Of a DNA stretch of 64,000 bases, positions 49,633 to 59,135 are shown in pieces. Below the pieces are notes generated by a model. The model was not told the origin of the DNA, ran no database searches, and worked only from the letters and a program-made list of their open reading frames with translations. Made by a program: the position numbers and the translations under genes. Each line of letters begins with the position of its first letter. Within the stretch, counting starts at the first letter, position 1. Source of the stretch: Candidatus Eiseniibacteriota bacterium (GTDB lineage: Bacteria; Eisenbacteria; RBG-16-71-46; DASYSL01); the NCBI GenBank assembly GCA_031413115.1, contig JANOEH010000024.1:336-64335 (forward strand). Direction: 5' to 3'.

Positions 49633-51045
49633 CTAGGGGGCCAGCGTGCCGTCCATCTCCGCCAGCGCGTACATCATGACCGCCATGGCGGCGACGTTCT
49701 TCCGCAACTCGATCGGATCGACGGCGCTCATCGCGTCGGCCGCGGTGTGGTGCCACTCGAAGTAGCGCGCCATCGTCGTCACGTGGCCCACGCCGGGGAC
49801 ACCCAGCTTCATGAGGGGTGAGACGTCGGTCCCGCCCTCGCCGGCCATGAACCGATCGACGCCGATTCCCGCGAACAGCGGAGCGAGGGAGCGCAGTCGC
49901 TCGACGGCGAACGCGGTCCTCGCCGCATCGCTCGAGTCGGGGTTCTGGCCGGGGCCGGTGCGTCGCACCATGGTGTCGAAGCCGACGGGACGCTCGACGC
50001 CGCCGTCGGACTCGATCGCGGCGACGTGCCTCCGCCGTGGGTCCTTCCCGTAGGTATGGGCGTAGGCGTCGGCGCCGCGCGCGCCGTTCTCCTCGTTGGT
50101 CCACAGCACGACCCGCACGGTGCGGCGCGGGCGCAGGCCGAGATCCTTCATCAGGCGCACCGCCTCCATCGCGATCACGCAACCGCCGCCGTCGTCGTGC
50201 GCGCCCTGGCCCACGTCCCACGAGTCGAGGTGACCTCCGGCGACGACGATCTCGTCGGGGCGCTCGTGGCCGCGCAACTCGGCGATCACGTTGTGCGAGG
50301 TTCCGTCGAGCAGCGTGTCGGCCTCCATCTCGAGGCGAACGCGCACCTCCTGCCCGCGAGCCTGCAGGCGGGCGATCATCTCCGCGTCTTCAACCGAGAT
50401 CGCCGCGCCCGGAATGCGCGGGACGCTGTCGTTGTAGGCGCTCATGTTTCCGGTGTGCGGCGTGCGGTGGCCGATCGGCCCCACGGCGCGGACGAGCGAT
50501 GCGACGGCTCCGAGGCGGGAAGCGCGATCGGCGCCCCACGCGCGGTAGCGCACGGTCTCGCCGTAGGTCGTGAAGGGCACGTTCCACAGGACGATCTTCC
50601 CGCGCACGGACTCGGCGGGCAGGGCCTCGAATGCGTCGAAGCTCGACACGGTGACGACCGGCGCTGTGATGCCGCCCTTCGGCGTGCCGACGCTCCGGCC
50701 CAGGCCGAGCATGGCCATCTCCTCGCGGCGGGGGGCAACGATCGTGGCGCGCTCGCGGCCACGCACCCAGCGCGGCACGCGCACCTCCTGCAGCCACACC
50801 GAGTCGGCGCCACCATCGCGCAGCGCTCCGGCGGCCCAGGTCACGGCCTGATCGAGCGACGGCGATCCCGAAAGCCGGTGACCGATCCCGTCGCAGAGTT
50901 CGGACAGCCGTGTCCACGCGCGGTCGCTGGCGAGCGCGGCGCCCGTGAGGCGGGCGGTGGCGTCACGCAGCGCCGGAGGCGCAGGGTCTGCTTTCTCCGG
51001 CGTGGTCACGAGCAAGACTGCGACAAGGAGTGACAGGGCCTTCAT
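49633..51045 (-). CDS. M28 family peptidase (aminopeptidase with PA-like insertion)
   Basis: ~470 aa from ATG 51045; signal peptide; HLDSWDVGQGAHDDGGGCVIAMEAVRLM and later EENG/H ligand motifs typical of M28. Confidence 0.85.
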   Translation of the reverse strand: MKALSLLVAVLLVTTPEKADPAPPALRDATARLTGAALASDRAWTRLSELCDGIGHRLSGSPSLDQAVTWAAGALRDGGADSVWLQEVRVPRWVRGRERATIVAPRREEMAMLGLGRSVGTPKGGITAPVVTVSSFDAFEALPAESVRGKIVLWNVPFTTYGETVRYRAWGADRASRLGAVASLVRAVGPIGHRTPHTGNMSAYNDSVPRIPGAAISVEDAEMIARLQARGQEVRVRLEMEADTLLDGTSHNVIAELRGHERPDEIVVAGGHLDSWDVGQGAHDDGGGCVIAMEAVRLMKDLGLRPRRTVRVVLWTNEENGARGADAYAHTYGKDPRRRHVAAIESDGGVERPVGFDTMVRRTGPGQNPDSSDAARTAFAVERLRSLAPLFAGIGVDRFMAGEGGTDVSPLMKLGVPGVGHVTTMARYFEWHHTAADAMSAVDPIELRKNVAAMAVMMYALAEMDGTLAP

Positions 51046-51126
51046 GGGCTCTCCAAGTGCGGGTTGAGGCGAGACCATCGCACCCTCCCCGCAGTCGAGG
51101 CAAGGCTTCCGATTCGGCGCCCCGCC

Positions 51127-51354
51127 TCAGCTCTCGCGCACCGTCGCCCGCCGGAGCGTCCGCAGGAGCCAGGTGAGTCCGGCCACCAGGAGCATCGCCG
51201 GATCCCGTCGCCCGGCGTAGAGGCCCAACACGGACTCCCAGCCCAGCGGATACGCGCGCCGCGCGATCTTCGCCTGCGCGCCCAGGCGCTCGAAGCCGGT
51301 GTGGGTGGGGACGACCTTGGTCCGAGCGCTCCCTTCGGCGGGTTCGAAGCGCAC
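51127..51354 (-). pseudogene. SRPBCC (AHSA1-like) C-terminal remnant lacking N-terminus
   Basis: Frame continues from arsR-like stop: ...ITAELGTWWPPHRVAFTWHPGREPESAQDVDVRFEPAEGSARTKVVPTHTGFERLGA...; no in-frame start except GTG at 51354; ~45 residues of the domain core missing. Confidence 0.35.
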
Positions 51355-51495
51355 GTCGACATCCTGCGCCGATTCGGGTTCGCGGCCCGGATGCCAGGTG
51401 AACGCAACGCGATGGGGCGGCCACCACGTGCCGAGTTCGGCGGTGATGCATCTGGTCGATCGGGGCCGCGACGAAGACGATCTACACCAGCGGAA

Positions 51496-51823
51496 TCATG
51501 ATGCCTCCTCCTCGAACGAGCGCGCGAATGCCGCGAGCGCATCGGTCCACATGCGATCGGCGTACTCGCGAAGCGCGGCGATCCCGGTGGGATCGGCCGT
51601 GTAGATTCGGCGACGGCCCTCGGCGCGCGCTTGGACGAGCCGGGCGCGCCGGAGCACGGCGAGATGCTGCGAAACAGCGGGCTGCGACACCCCGAGCCCG
51701 CGGGTCAGTTCGCCCACAGAATGCGGCCTCCGGCTGACCCGCTGGACGGCCCCCCCCGGCTCCGTGCTACGCTTGTCGGGCCCATTCGAGGATTTGAGTC
51801 CCCCAAGGACGGTTGCCGCTCAT
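51496..51823 (-). pseudogene. ArsR/SmtB-family wHTH regulator, apparently disrupted (frameshift/insertion at G8 tract)
   Basis: Open frame from GTG 51717 encodes only recognition helix+wing (GELTRGLGVSQPAVSQHLAVLRRARLV); putative N-terminal 18 codons (ATG 51823, MSGNRPWGTQILEWARQA*) lie in +1 frame before TAG; C8/G8 homopolymer at 51750-51757 between them. Confidence 0.4.
51750..51757. repeat. C8 (G8 on minus strand) homopolymer tract inside disrupted arsR-like gene
   Basis: Eight consecutive C at 51750-51757; lies between the two reading frames of the arsR-like fragments. Confidence 0.6.
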
Positions 51824-51835
51824 TCCGGGAGTCCC

Positions 51836-54802
51836 ATGAACGGTTCCATGCCGCCTCGGCGATCGCCGCGAGTCCTTCGTATCCCGCGCGCCGCCGCCAC
51901 GCTCGTGCTGATGTTCTCCCTCGTGCCGGCGCTGCTTGCCGCTTCGACCGGTCCCGACGATCGCGTGCTTGCGCCGATCCCGCTGCCGGTCCTGCGCCCG
52001 GGATTTCCGATCACGGCCAGCACGATTCCCTTCACCTACCCGCCGGTGATGGCCGACCTCGACCTCGATGGTCGCTCGGAGATCATTGCCATCGACGACG
52101 AGGGCAAGATTTTCGTCGTCCGCAACGACGGCGCGCGACACGGTGCATTTCCCAAGACTCTCGGTGTGCCGCCCAGCGGTCCGATCGCAGTTGGAGATGT
52201 TGACGGCGACGGCTTTCTCGAACTCGTGGCGGTCGGGATCAATGGGCGCGTGAGCATCTTCAGCGACGAGGGAGCGATCGAGGCGGACCTCGCCCGCCTC
52301 CCGTGGGCGCCGGTCGGCGCCGCCGTCCTGACCGAGTTCGACACCAGCGGCAAGCTCGCCATTCTCGTCGTTACGGCCGACGGCACACTGCATGCGCTGC
52401 GCGGCGAGGGCGGGGAGTTTCCGGGCTGGCCGGTGAACGGAAGCGCGGTCGCCGCGTCACCACCCTTCGCCTACATCGGCCCGGACAACTTTCCACGGGT
52501 CGGCTACCTCGGCGCCGCGCCGGATCGGGCGCAGATCTTCTTCACCTACGGCGACCTCGACACCGTGGCGTCTTACACGCCGACGTCGCCTTTCTCGGCG
52601 GCGCGACCGGTCGCGGGCCTGCGCGCGATGTCCCTCGGTTTTACCGACGCCGAGCACCAGTACACGTTCACCAGGTCCGGGAAGCTGACGCGGCTCGATC
52701 CCGACCTGCTGAACGGCGCGACGGTCGTGACGCCGCTGGCGCAGCTCCCGGACGACAGCGTCTTCGTCCAGCCCGCGATGATGGACGCGAACGGAGATCT
52801 CGTTCCCGAGCTTGCGGTGCTGAGCGTCCGCGGCGATACGACGCAGGTGTGGCTGCTCGACGGAGCCACCGGGAATCCACTTACCGGATTCCCGCGCCGG
52901 TATCTCGAGGCGCAGCCCGTCGGCGGAATCGTGTGCGCCGACGTGGGGGACAACAACGCGGCGGAAATGATCTTCAACCGCGGCGGTTCGCGCATCTCGT
53001 GCGTGCGCACGAACGGCACCGAGGCATGGACGCTCGGGGGACTTCCGTCGATCGGCGGTCCGGCACTCGGCGATCTCGACGGGGACGGTGGTCCCGACCT
53101 TGCGGTCGTCACCACGACGGGCAAGATCTACGCTTACACGCTGGGTCTATCGGGGACCGGGCCCAGGGCGATGGAGTGGACGAACGCCGGCGGATCGCCG
53201 CGCCACGAAGGGCGCCACCAGATGCGCGATCGCGCCGTCGTCCACTCGTTCTGGCCACCGCCGATCACGCCGGCGGATGCGTTCGTCACGCGGCCCGTGA
53301 TGGGCGGGTTCGACGACGATGGTCGTCCCGACGTCCTGTGGAGCGACTACCTGACGGGCAAGACCTGGGGGTTCGCCGTCGGCGCCGGTCCGATGCCCGG
53401 GATGCCACAGACTTACGGACGGGGCGCCGTGCTCGACGCGCCCGCGGTCGGAGACGTCACCGGCGACGGCATCTATGAAAGCGTTCAGGGCACGGCCCAG
53501 GGCTACCTGGTGTGGGGCAATCGCACCGGCACGACCGACTTCATGCTGATCGACAACGGTCGACAGCTTTCCCCACCGTCGCTGGCGGACCTCAACGCCG
53601 ACGGCGTGCTCGACGTGATCGTCGGCTCGAGCACGGGACGCCTCTACGCGGCGAACCTGAAGACCAAGACGCTGCTCCCCGGGTTCCCCGTGACGACGAC
53701 CGGCGCGATCGTGTTGCCGGCCGCGCTCGGCGACGTCAACGGCGACGGGCAGACCGACATCGTGGTGGTCGGCGGCCCGCGCACGATCTACGCGTATCCG
53801 CGCACCGGTGCGACGGCGCTCACGGGCTGGCCCCGGCAGTTCCCCTCGGGGCATGCGCTCGGGCAGCCGATCCTCGTGCCGATCGCGGGCCAGTCGGGCC
53901 TGTGCGTGGCATTCGCCCGCACGACGGGTGTCGACTCGGTGACCGCGAGCGTCGTCGGCGCGAGCGGGGCGCCGTTGCCGGGCTGGCCGCGGCGGCTCTT
54001 CAATGCGCTCAACATCCTGAGCGGCCCGGTGGCCGGGCCGTTCGACAACGATGCGAGCGTGGATCTCGCCTTCGCCACGGGCGGCGACACGGTGATCGTG
54101 TTCAACGCGATCGGCAATAGGTTGCTCACCAAGGCCCTGCCCACGCCGGGCAGCATCGAGCTCGCCGCGATGGTCGACCTCGACCTCGACCTGCGCCCGG
54201 ACCTGGTCGTGGTCAGCGACGAGTCGGTGATCATCGGCCTGCGCTACGACGGCCTCACCGTGCGTTCATTCACGCGGTTGCTGTTCGGGTTCGAGGCTGG
54301 TGCGACCCCGGCGTTCGGCGACCTGGGCAACGACGGCATCCTCGACATGGCGATCAGCGACCTGGGCTTCCCGCTCGTCTACTCGTGGGGCCCGGGCTCG
54401 TGGAACGGGAACACGGCGCCGTGGCCGATGAAGGGGCACGATCGCTACCGCACGCATGCCTACTCCGGTCCGACCGTGATCGGCGTCGACGGCCCGGGAG
54501 CCGCGGGTCCGCCCGCCCGCGGCACGGGCGCGGTCCGCGCCGTTCCGAACCCGACGCAGGGTGCGGTGGCGTTCGCACACACGCGCGCGCTCGCCGGCGC
54601 CTACGAGGCGGCGATTTTCGATGTACGTGGACGGCGCGTCCGCACGCTCGCGGCGGGGACGCTGCCCGCAGGCGGCGAGGCGGTGACGTCGACGTGGGAT
54701 GGCCGCGACGAGGCAGGGCACGAGGTGCAGGCGGGGATCTACTTCTACCGCGTGCGCGATGCGGCGGGGACGCTCGGCGAAAAGGTCGTGCGCCTGCGTT
54801 GA
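51836..54802 (+). CDS. Large FG-GAP/VCBS-repeat beta-propeller protein with C-terminal FlgD-Ig/T9SS-type domain
   Basis: ~988 aa; signal peptide; many DxDGDG/FG-GAP-like repeats (GDVDGDGFLELV, GDLDGDGGPDLAV, GDVNGDGQTDIVV...); C-terminus VPNPTQGAVAF...FDVRGRRVRTL...WDGRDEAGHEVQAGIYFYRV...KVVRLR. Confidence 0.8.
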   Translation: MNGSMPPRRSPRVLRIPRAAATLVLMFSLVPALLAASTGPDDRVLAPIPLPVLRPGFPITASTIPFTYPPVMADLDLDGRSEIIAIDDEGKIFVVRNDGARHGAFPKTLGVPPSGPIAVGDVDGDGFLELVAVGINGRVSIFSDEGAIEADLARLPWAPVGAAVLTEFDTSGKLAILVVTADGTLHALRGEGGEFPGWPVNGSAVAASPPFAYIGPDNFPRVGYLGAAPDRAQIFFTYGDLDTVASYTPTSPFSAARPVAGLRAMSLGFTDAEHQYTFTRSGKLTRLDPDLLNGATVVTPLAQLPDDSVFVQPAMMDANGDLVPELAVLSVRGDTTQVWLLDGATGNPLTGFPRRYLEAQPVGGIVCADVGDNNAAEMIFNRGGSRISCVRTNGTEAWTLGGLPSIGGPALGDLDGDGGPDLAVVTTTGKIYAYTLGLSGTGPRAMEWTNAGGSPRHEGRHQMRDRAVVHSFWPPPITPADAFVTRPVMGGFDDDGRPDVLWSDYLTGKTWGFAVGAGPMPGMPQTYGRGAVLDAPAVGDVTGDGIYESVQGTAQGYLVWGNRTGTTDFMLIDNGRQLSPPSLADLNADGVLDVIVGSSTGRLYAANLKTKTLLPGFPVTTTGAIVLPAALGDVNGDGQTDIVVVGGPRTIYAYPRTGATALTGWPRQFPSGHALGQPILVPIAGQSGLCVAFARTTGVDSVTASVVGASGAPLPGWPRRLFNALNILSGPVAGPFDNDASVDLAFATGGDTVIVFNAIGNRLLTKALPTPGSIELAAMVDLDLDLRPDLVVVSDESVIIGLRYDGLTVRSFTRLLFGFEAGATPAFGDLGNDGILDMAISDLGFPLVYSWGPGSWNGNTAPWPMKGHDRYRTHAYSGPTVIGVDGPGAAGPPARGTGAVRAVPNPTQGAVAFAHTRALAGAYEAAIFDVRGRRVRTLAAGTLPAGGEAVTSTWDGRDEAGHEVQAGIYFYRVRDAAGTLGEKVVRLR

Positions 54803-54809
54803 TGCGGCA

Positions 54810-55172
54810 TCAGTCGCCGCGGTAGGTGCAGCGCGAAGTGCAGGTCTCGTGCACGGTCAGTGACGTGAGCAGCGGCAGCGTCGGCGCCAGCCGCTCCCAG
54901 ATCCAGCGCGCGAGGTGCTCCGACGTCGGGTTCGCCAGCCCCGCGATCGTGTTCAGGTCGTGATGATCCAGGCGCAGCCGGATCGGCTCGAACGCGTGCG
55001 CGATCTCCGCATAGTCCATCACCCATCCGCTCGCCGGATCCACCGGCCCGGTCACCCGCACGGTGACGCGGAACGAGTGCCCATGCACGCGCCGGCACTT
55101 GTGGTCGGCGGGCACATGCGGCAGGTGGTGTGCGGCCTCGAAGCGGAAGGTCTTCGCCAGTTCCATGTTCAT
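54810..55172 (-). CDS. queD: 6-carboxy-5,6,7,8-tetrahydropterin synthase
   Basis: 120 aa; CxxxHGH motif (KCRRVHGHSF) and PTPS-fold sequence. Confidence 0.9.
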   Translation of the reverse strand: MNMELAKTFRFEAAHHLPHVPADHKCRRVHGHSFRVTVRVTGPVDPASGWVMDYAEIAHAFEPIRLRLDHHDLNTIAGLANPTSEHLARWIWERLAPTLPLLTSLTVHETCTSRCTYRGD

Positions 55173-55205
55173 CGGCTGCGGCTCCTCGTGGCGGTCAAAC
55201 GGCGC

Positions 55206-55925
55206 CTAGACGCCGCGTGCGTTCGGGTCCCAGATCACCTTGTGCATCTGCAACTGGAAGCGGGCCGGCAGGCGGTCGGCCAGCATCCACGCGACGACGT
55301 CGGACGGCGCCAGCGTGCCGTGGGCGACCGACAGCAGTACCGTGCAACGCTTCGCCAGGTCGTGGCGCGCGATCGTATCGCGGGCCCACTCGTAGTCGGC
55401 GCGGTCGGCGAGCACGAACTTCACCTCGTCACGCGCCGTGAGCAGCGCGATGTTCTCCCAGCGATTGCGCGGCTCCTCGCCGCTGCCCGGGCACTTGAGG
55501 TCGACGATGCGCACCACGCGCGAGTCGACCCTGCCGATGTCGAGTGCGCCCGCCGTCTCGAGCAGAACCGTGTGGCCACGATCGCACAGCCCGCTCATCA
55601 GCGGGTAGACACCGGGCTGGAGCAGCGGCTCGCCCCCGGTGATCTCGACCAGGTGGGTGCGGAAGTCGTGCACCTCGGCGACGACATCCACAACCGCGCG
55701 TCGCGTGCCTGCGTCGAACGCATGCGGCGTGTCGCACCACGAGCAGCGCAGGTGGCACGCCGACAGCCGCACGAATGCGCACGGCAGCCCCGCCCACGTC
55801 GATTCGCCCTGGATCGAGACGTAGGTCTCGTGGACGACCAGGGTGTCGGCCGGGCCGAGACCGGCGGGCAGGCCGGGGGCATCGGCGGCGGTCTTGAGGA
55901 TGGACAGGCGCGAGGCGTCGGACAT
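55206..55925 (-). CDS. queE: 7-carboxy-7-deazaguanine synthase (radical SAM)
   Basis: 239 aa; CHLRCSWC (Cx3Cx2C) radical-SAM cluster motif; QueE-like length and sequence. Confidence 0.9.
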   Translation of the reverse strand: MSDASRLSILKTAADAPGLPAGLGPADTLVVHETYVSIQGESTWAGLPCAFVRLSACHLRCSWCDTPHAFDAGTRRAVVDVVAEVHDFRTHLVEITGGEPLLQPGVYPLMSGLCDRGHTVLLETAGALDIGRVDSRVVRIVDLKCPGSGEEPRNRWENIALLTARDEVKFVLADRADYEWARDTIARHDLAKRCTVLLSVAHGTLAPSDVVAWMLADRLPARFQLQMHKVIWDPNARGV

Positions 55926-55948
55926 GCCGGGAATCTAGCAGAGCGCGG

Positions 55949-56770
55949 CTAACGGCCGAAGGTGACGCCGAGGCTGAGGTACGACTCGGGATGTTCCCAC
56001 TCCTGCCCGCGCTCGGACATCCCGTCCGTGTAGCCCAGGTGGATGCGGAGGGCGCGGTTGCCGTCGTCGCCCGCGAGCCGCAGACCGGCCTGGAACGACT
56101 GGTTCAGGCGGTACTCGTTCTCGGCCTTCATGCGCAGGTCGATGGCGAGGTAGGGGTCGGCGTGGCGGCCGTCTCGCGTTCCGTTGAGGTCGGGGCGCAG
56201 CTCGCCGCCGGCCTGGAACTGGAACGCCTGCGTCCGGGGATGCGCGCGATAGAAGAACGCGGGTCCGCCGTAGACGCGGACGTGCGGCCCCGCCTCCCAG
56301 GCGCCGAGGGCGCCGATCGACTCGCGGGAGTAGACGATCCGGTTCTCCTCGATGTCGGCCGCGCCGTCGCCGAGGTGCCCGGACCAGTGCGAGAGCCGGA
56401 CCCGCCACGCGAATCGATCGTGGCGTTGGCCGGCCCAGAAGCCGAAACTGCCGTCGACGGTCTCGAGCGGAAAGTTGAAGTCGGCCCTTCCCGAGAACCA
56501 GAGCCAGACCATGCCGTCGAGTCCGAGCTCGAGTCCGCCGGTGTCGGCTGTGGCGCCGGAGCGACCGAGCGCCAGCGCGGTGCCGACGCGCCCCGACCAG
56601 TACGAGTCCTCGACCGCATCGAGCCCCAGTGTCGGCTCGCGCGGATCGGCCGGCGGGGAGAACGTCGCGCGATCGGGCGGCAGCCACGTCCACGCGCCCA
56701 CGTCGCGCGGCACGGAGGAGAGGATGATGGCGAAGGTGACGAGCGGCACGCGCAGCGAGCGGGGGGCCAT
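55949..56770 (-). CDS. DUF1207-like exported protein (possible OM beta-barrel)
   Basis: ~273 aa from ATG 56770; signal-like N-terminus; ends in aromatic-rich ...YLSLGVTFGR; start overlaps divergent gene. Confidence 0.5.
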   Translation of the reverse strand: MAPRSLRVPLVTFAIILSSVPRDVGAWTWLPPDRATFSPPADPREPTLGLDAVEDSYWSGRVGTALALGRSGATADTGGLELGLDGMVWLWFSGRADFNFPLETVDGSFGFWAGQRHDRFAWRVRLSHWSGHLGDGAADIEENRIVYSRESIGALGAWEAGPHVRVYGGPAFFYRAHPRTQAFQFQAGGELRPDLNGTRDGRHADPYLAIDLRMKAENEYRLNQSFQAGLRLAGDDGNRALRIHLGYTDGMSERGQEWEHPESYLSLGVTFGR

Positions 56771-57497
56771 GGCCGCGCAGTATACACGGCGGCGCGTGCG
56801 GATCCGCGTGGATGCCGCGACGACGGTCTCGGGTGTCCTGGCGGGGCCGAACGGCGAGCGTGGCACGGCGGCGGGCGCACTACCGCTTGCCGGTGTCGCG
56901 GTCGTGCTGGGCCACGGCGCCGGGGCGGACATGACGAACGCATTCCTCTCGGCGGTGCACGAGGGCCTGGCGGCGCAGGGTGCGCTCGTCCTCAAGTTCA
57001 ACTTCGCGTACACGGAAGAGGGGCGGAAGGCGCCCGACTCGCCGGCCCGCCTGCTCGTAACCTATCGCGCTGCGGTCGCGTGGATAACGGCCCGGCCCGA
57101 GGCGAAGGGCCGCGCGCTCGTGCTCGGCGGGAAGTCGATGGGCGGGCGGATCGCGTCGCACGTCGTGGCGCTCGGCGATCCCGCGGACGGTCTCCTGTTC
57201 CTCGGCTACCTGCTCCACCCGGCCGGGCGGCCGGAGAAGCTGCGCGATGCACACCTTGCCGACGTTCGGGTGCCGATGCTGTTCGTCACGGGAACGCGCG
57301 ATCCGTTGTGCGATCTCACGCTGCTGCGCCCGGTGCTGAAGCGAGTGGGGCGCCGCGCAACGCTCGCGCTGATCGCCGACGGCGACCACTCGTTCCACGT
57401 GCGGAAGTCGTCGGGACGCGATGATGCAGCGGCGACGGCCGAGGTGATCGCGGCATGTGGGAAGTGGCTGGGGCGGCGAACGGGCCGCCCGGCGTGA
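56724..57497 (+). CDS. Alpha/beta hydrolase (dienelactone hydrolase/KANL3-like)
   Basis: ATG 56724 with GGAGGAG RBS; GKSMGGRIAS nucleophile elbow; ...DGDHSFH C-terminal His. Confidence 0.75.
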   Translation: MMAKVTSGTRSERGAMAAQYTRRRVRIRVDAATTVSGVLAGPNGERGTAAGALPLAGVAVVLGHGAGADMTNAFLSAVHEGLAAQGALVLKFNFAYTEEGRKAPDSPARLLVTYRAAVAWITARPEAKGRALVLGGKSMGGRIASHVVALGDPADGLLFLGYLLHPAGRPEKLRDAHLADVRVPMLFVTGTRDPLCDLTLLRPVLKRVGRRATLALIADGDHSFHVRKSSGRDDAAATAEVIAACGKWLGRRTGRPA

Positions 57498-57539
57498 CGC
57501 CGAACGGCCCGCTTTGGCGAAATTATCCTCAGGCTGGAT

Positions 57540-58991
57540 TCACTTCACCCGCTCGAAGTCCGGCAGGACCCAGCTTCTGTCGAAGAGCTTTTCGGTGGGG
57601 CCGTAGAAGCGGAACAACACAAACCACCCTTCGCCGGGCTTCGTCTGGATCCAGTTCTTCTCGAGCCCCCTGGGCGCACTCGGTCCGACGTAGATATCCG
57701 TGGAGCCGTCGGTATTCTTCACCACATCCGGATTGCGCGAGGAAATGTCGATGCGCCCGGTTTTGTTGACCAGCATCTGGCGATTCTTCTCGTCATAGAC
57801 GGTCACCGACCAGAACTGTGTGGCCGGGGGGTTGGCGGGCACGTGCAGGCGGTAGTCGTTCCCGCCGACGAGCCAGCCGCCGTCCTTGTCCTGATAGACG
57901 TCCATGTAGCGCTGTCCGAACCCGGAGGTGGTGGAGCGCATCGCTTCGGAAATGGCGACGGCCTCGTAGAAGTAGGAGGCGCGCTCGTCCAACTGCTCGA
58001 AGTCGGGCTCCCGCTGGGTCGTGTTGACAGCAAGCACGTCCTTCCGGTGCGTGCCGGGCCAGTAGGCGTCTTCAAATCGCTTGGTGTAGGTGTTGGCCTT
58101 GGCCATCAATTCGCCCATCTGGGCGGCATCGATCAGGAGTTTCTGCTGACGGGCCGTGGGCTGGAAGGGCTTGCTGTTCTCGAAGCCAAGCGGTTTGAGC
58201 ATCGCCATGAAGAAGCGGTGGCGTTCCTGGACGGGCTCCCTGGCGAGCGCGCTCGACAGGGCTTCCCAAGAGGCCATGCCGGTGGGCGGCGTCTGGCTCC
58301 ATTTGGCCGCTCCGGCCGGCACGACCTGCTCCTTGGGAGGATTCGCGCGCGCGCTCCAGGCGTAGGTGCGCATCTGAGGCACGAGTTCGCGCATGGCGCG
58401 GTCCCGGTCGGGATCCAGCAAGCGTACCCCGAAGAACACGAGGTTGGTCGTCGATCGGATGACGATGAAACCCGTTGCCTTGGGATCCTCGTGGCCGGGG
58501 CCCAGGAGCAGATACTTGCCCCCCTGGCCCTTGTCGGGACCGACCACGCCGACATCGGTGAGCGAGCGTTGCCACGCATCGATCACCATTCCGGCCATCA
58601 GCCCCTTGGGAATCTCGAAGACCAGGGGTCCGCTCTTCGCCAGGTCAGCGAGCGCGGCGACATAGGGCGTATCGAAGTCGGGTGTCATGATGCCGAGCTT
58701 TTCCTCGAAGCTCAGGAAGATGACGAGCTGCCCGTTCCGAACCTTGTAGATACGGTCATGTGTCCTTGCCCATTCGGTGAGGCCGACGATCGGAAGTCCC
58801 CAGAGATACGCCTGGCAGGCGCGCTGGTAGTCCAGCTCGTCGGTCAACTTCGCAAGGCTTGCGGAGCTGGGGTAACCGCTCTCGGTGGTGAGCCTGCCCA
58901 TGCGGGTGTCGAGTTCTTCGGCCTGCGCGCCCGTGAATGCGAACGCCACTGCGCCAACCAGCGCGGCGACGAGAATCCTCCTTGTCCGCAT
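57540..58991 (-). CDS. DUF1254/DUF1214 domain exported protein
   Basis: ~483 aa from ATG 58991 with GGGAGGAAG RBS; signal peptide; YLWGLPIVG motif (DUF1254) and C-terminal DUF1214-like region. Confidence 0.75.
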   Translation of the reverse strand: MRTRRILVAALVGAVAFAFTGAQAEELDTRMGRLTTESGYPSSASLAKLTDELDYQRACQAYLWGLPIVGLTEWARTHDRIYKVRNGQLVIFLSFEEKLGIMTPDFDTPYVAALADLAKSGPLVFEIPKGLMAGMVIDAWQRSLTDVGVVGPDKGQGGKYLLLGPGHEDPKATGFIVIRSTTNLVFFGVRLLDPDRDRAMRELVPQMRTYAWSARANPPKEQVVPAGAAKWSQTPPTGMASWEALSSALAREPVQERHRFFMAMLKPLGFENSKPFQPTARQQKLLIDAAQMGELMAKANTYTKRFEDAYWPGTHRKDVLAVNTTQREPDFEQLDERASYFYEAVAISEAMRSTTSGFGQRYMDVYQDKDGGWLVGGNDYRLHVPANPPATQFWSVTVYDEKNRQMLVNKTGRIDISSRNPDVVKNTDGSTDIYVGPSAPRGLEKNWIQTKPGEGWFVLFRFYGPTEKLFDRSWVLPDFERVK

Positions 58992-59135
58992 CAGTCTTCC
59001 TCCCCGTGGTGGATCCCGCGGGCGTGGGAGATCACAATAGTCCGGGGCGCAGAGCCGACCGGACTGGATGCGGGTCACCATGATGGTCATCTCATCCAGA
59101 CTGGGGCGTTCCGATCCGGCACCAGGGCGGCCGGA

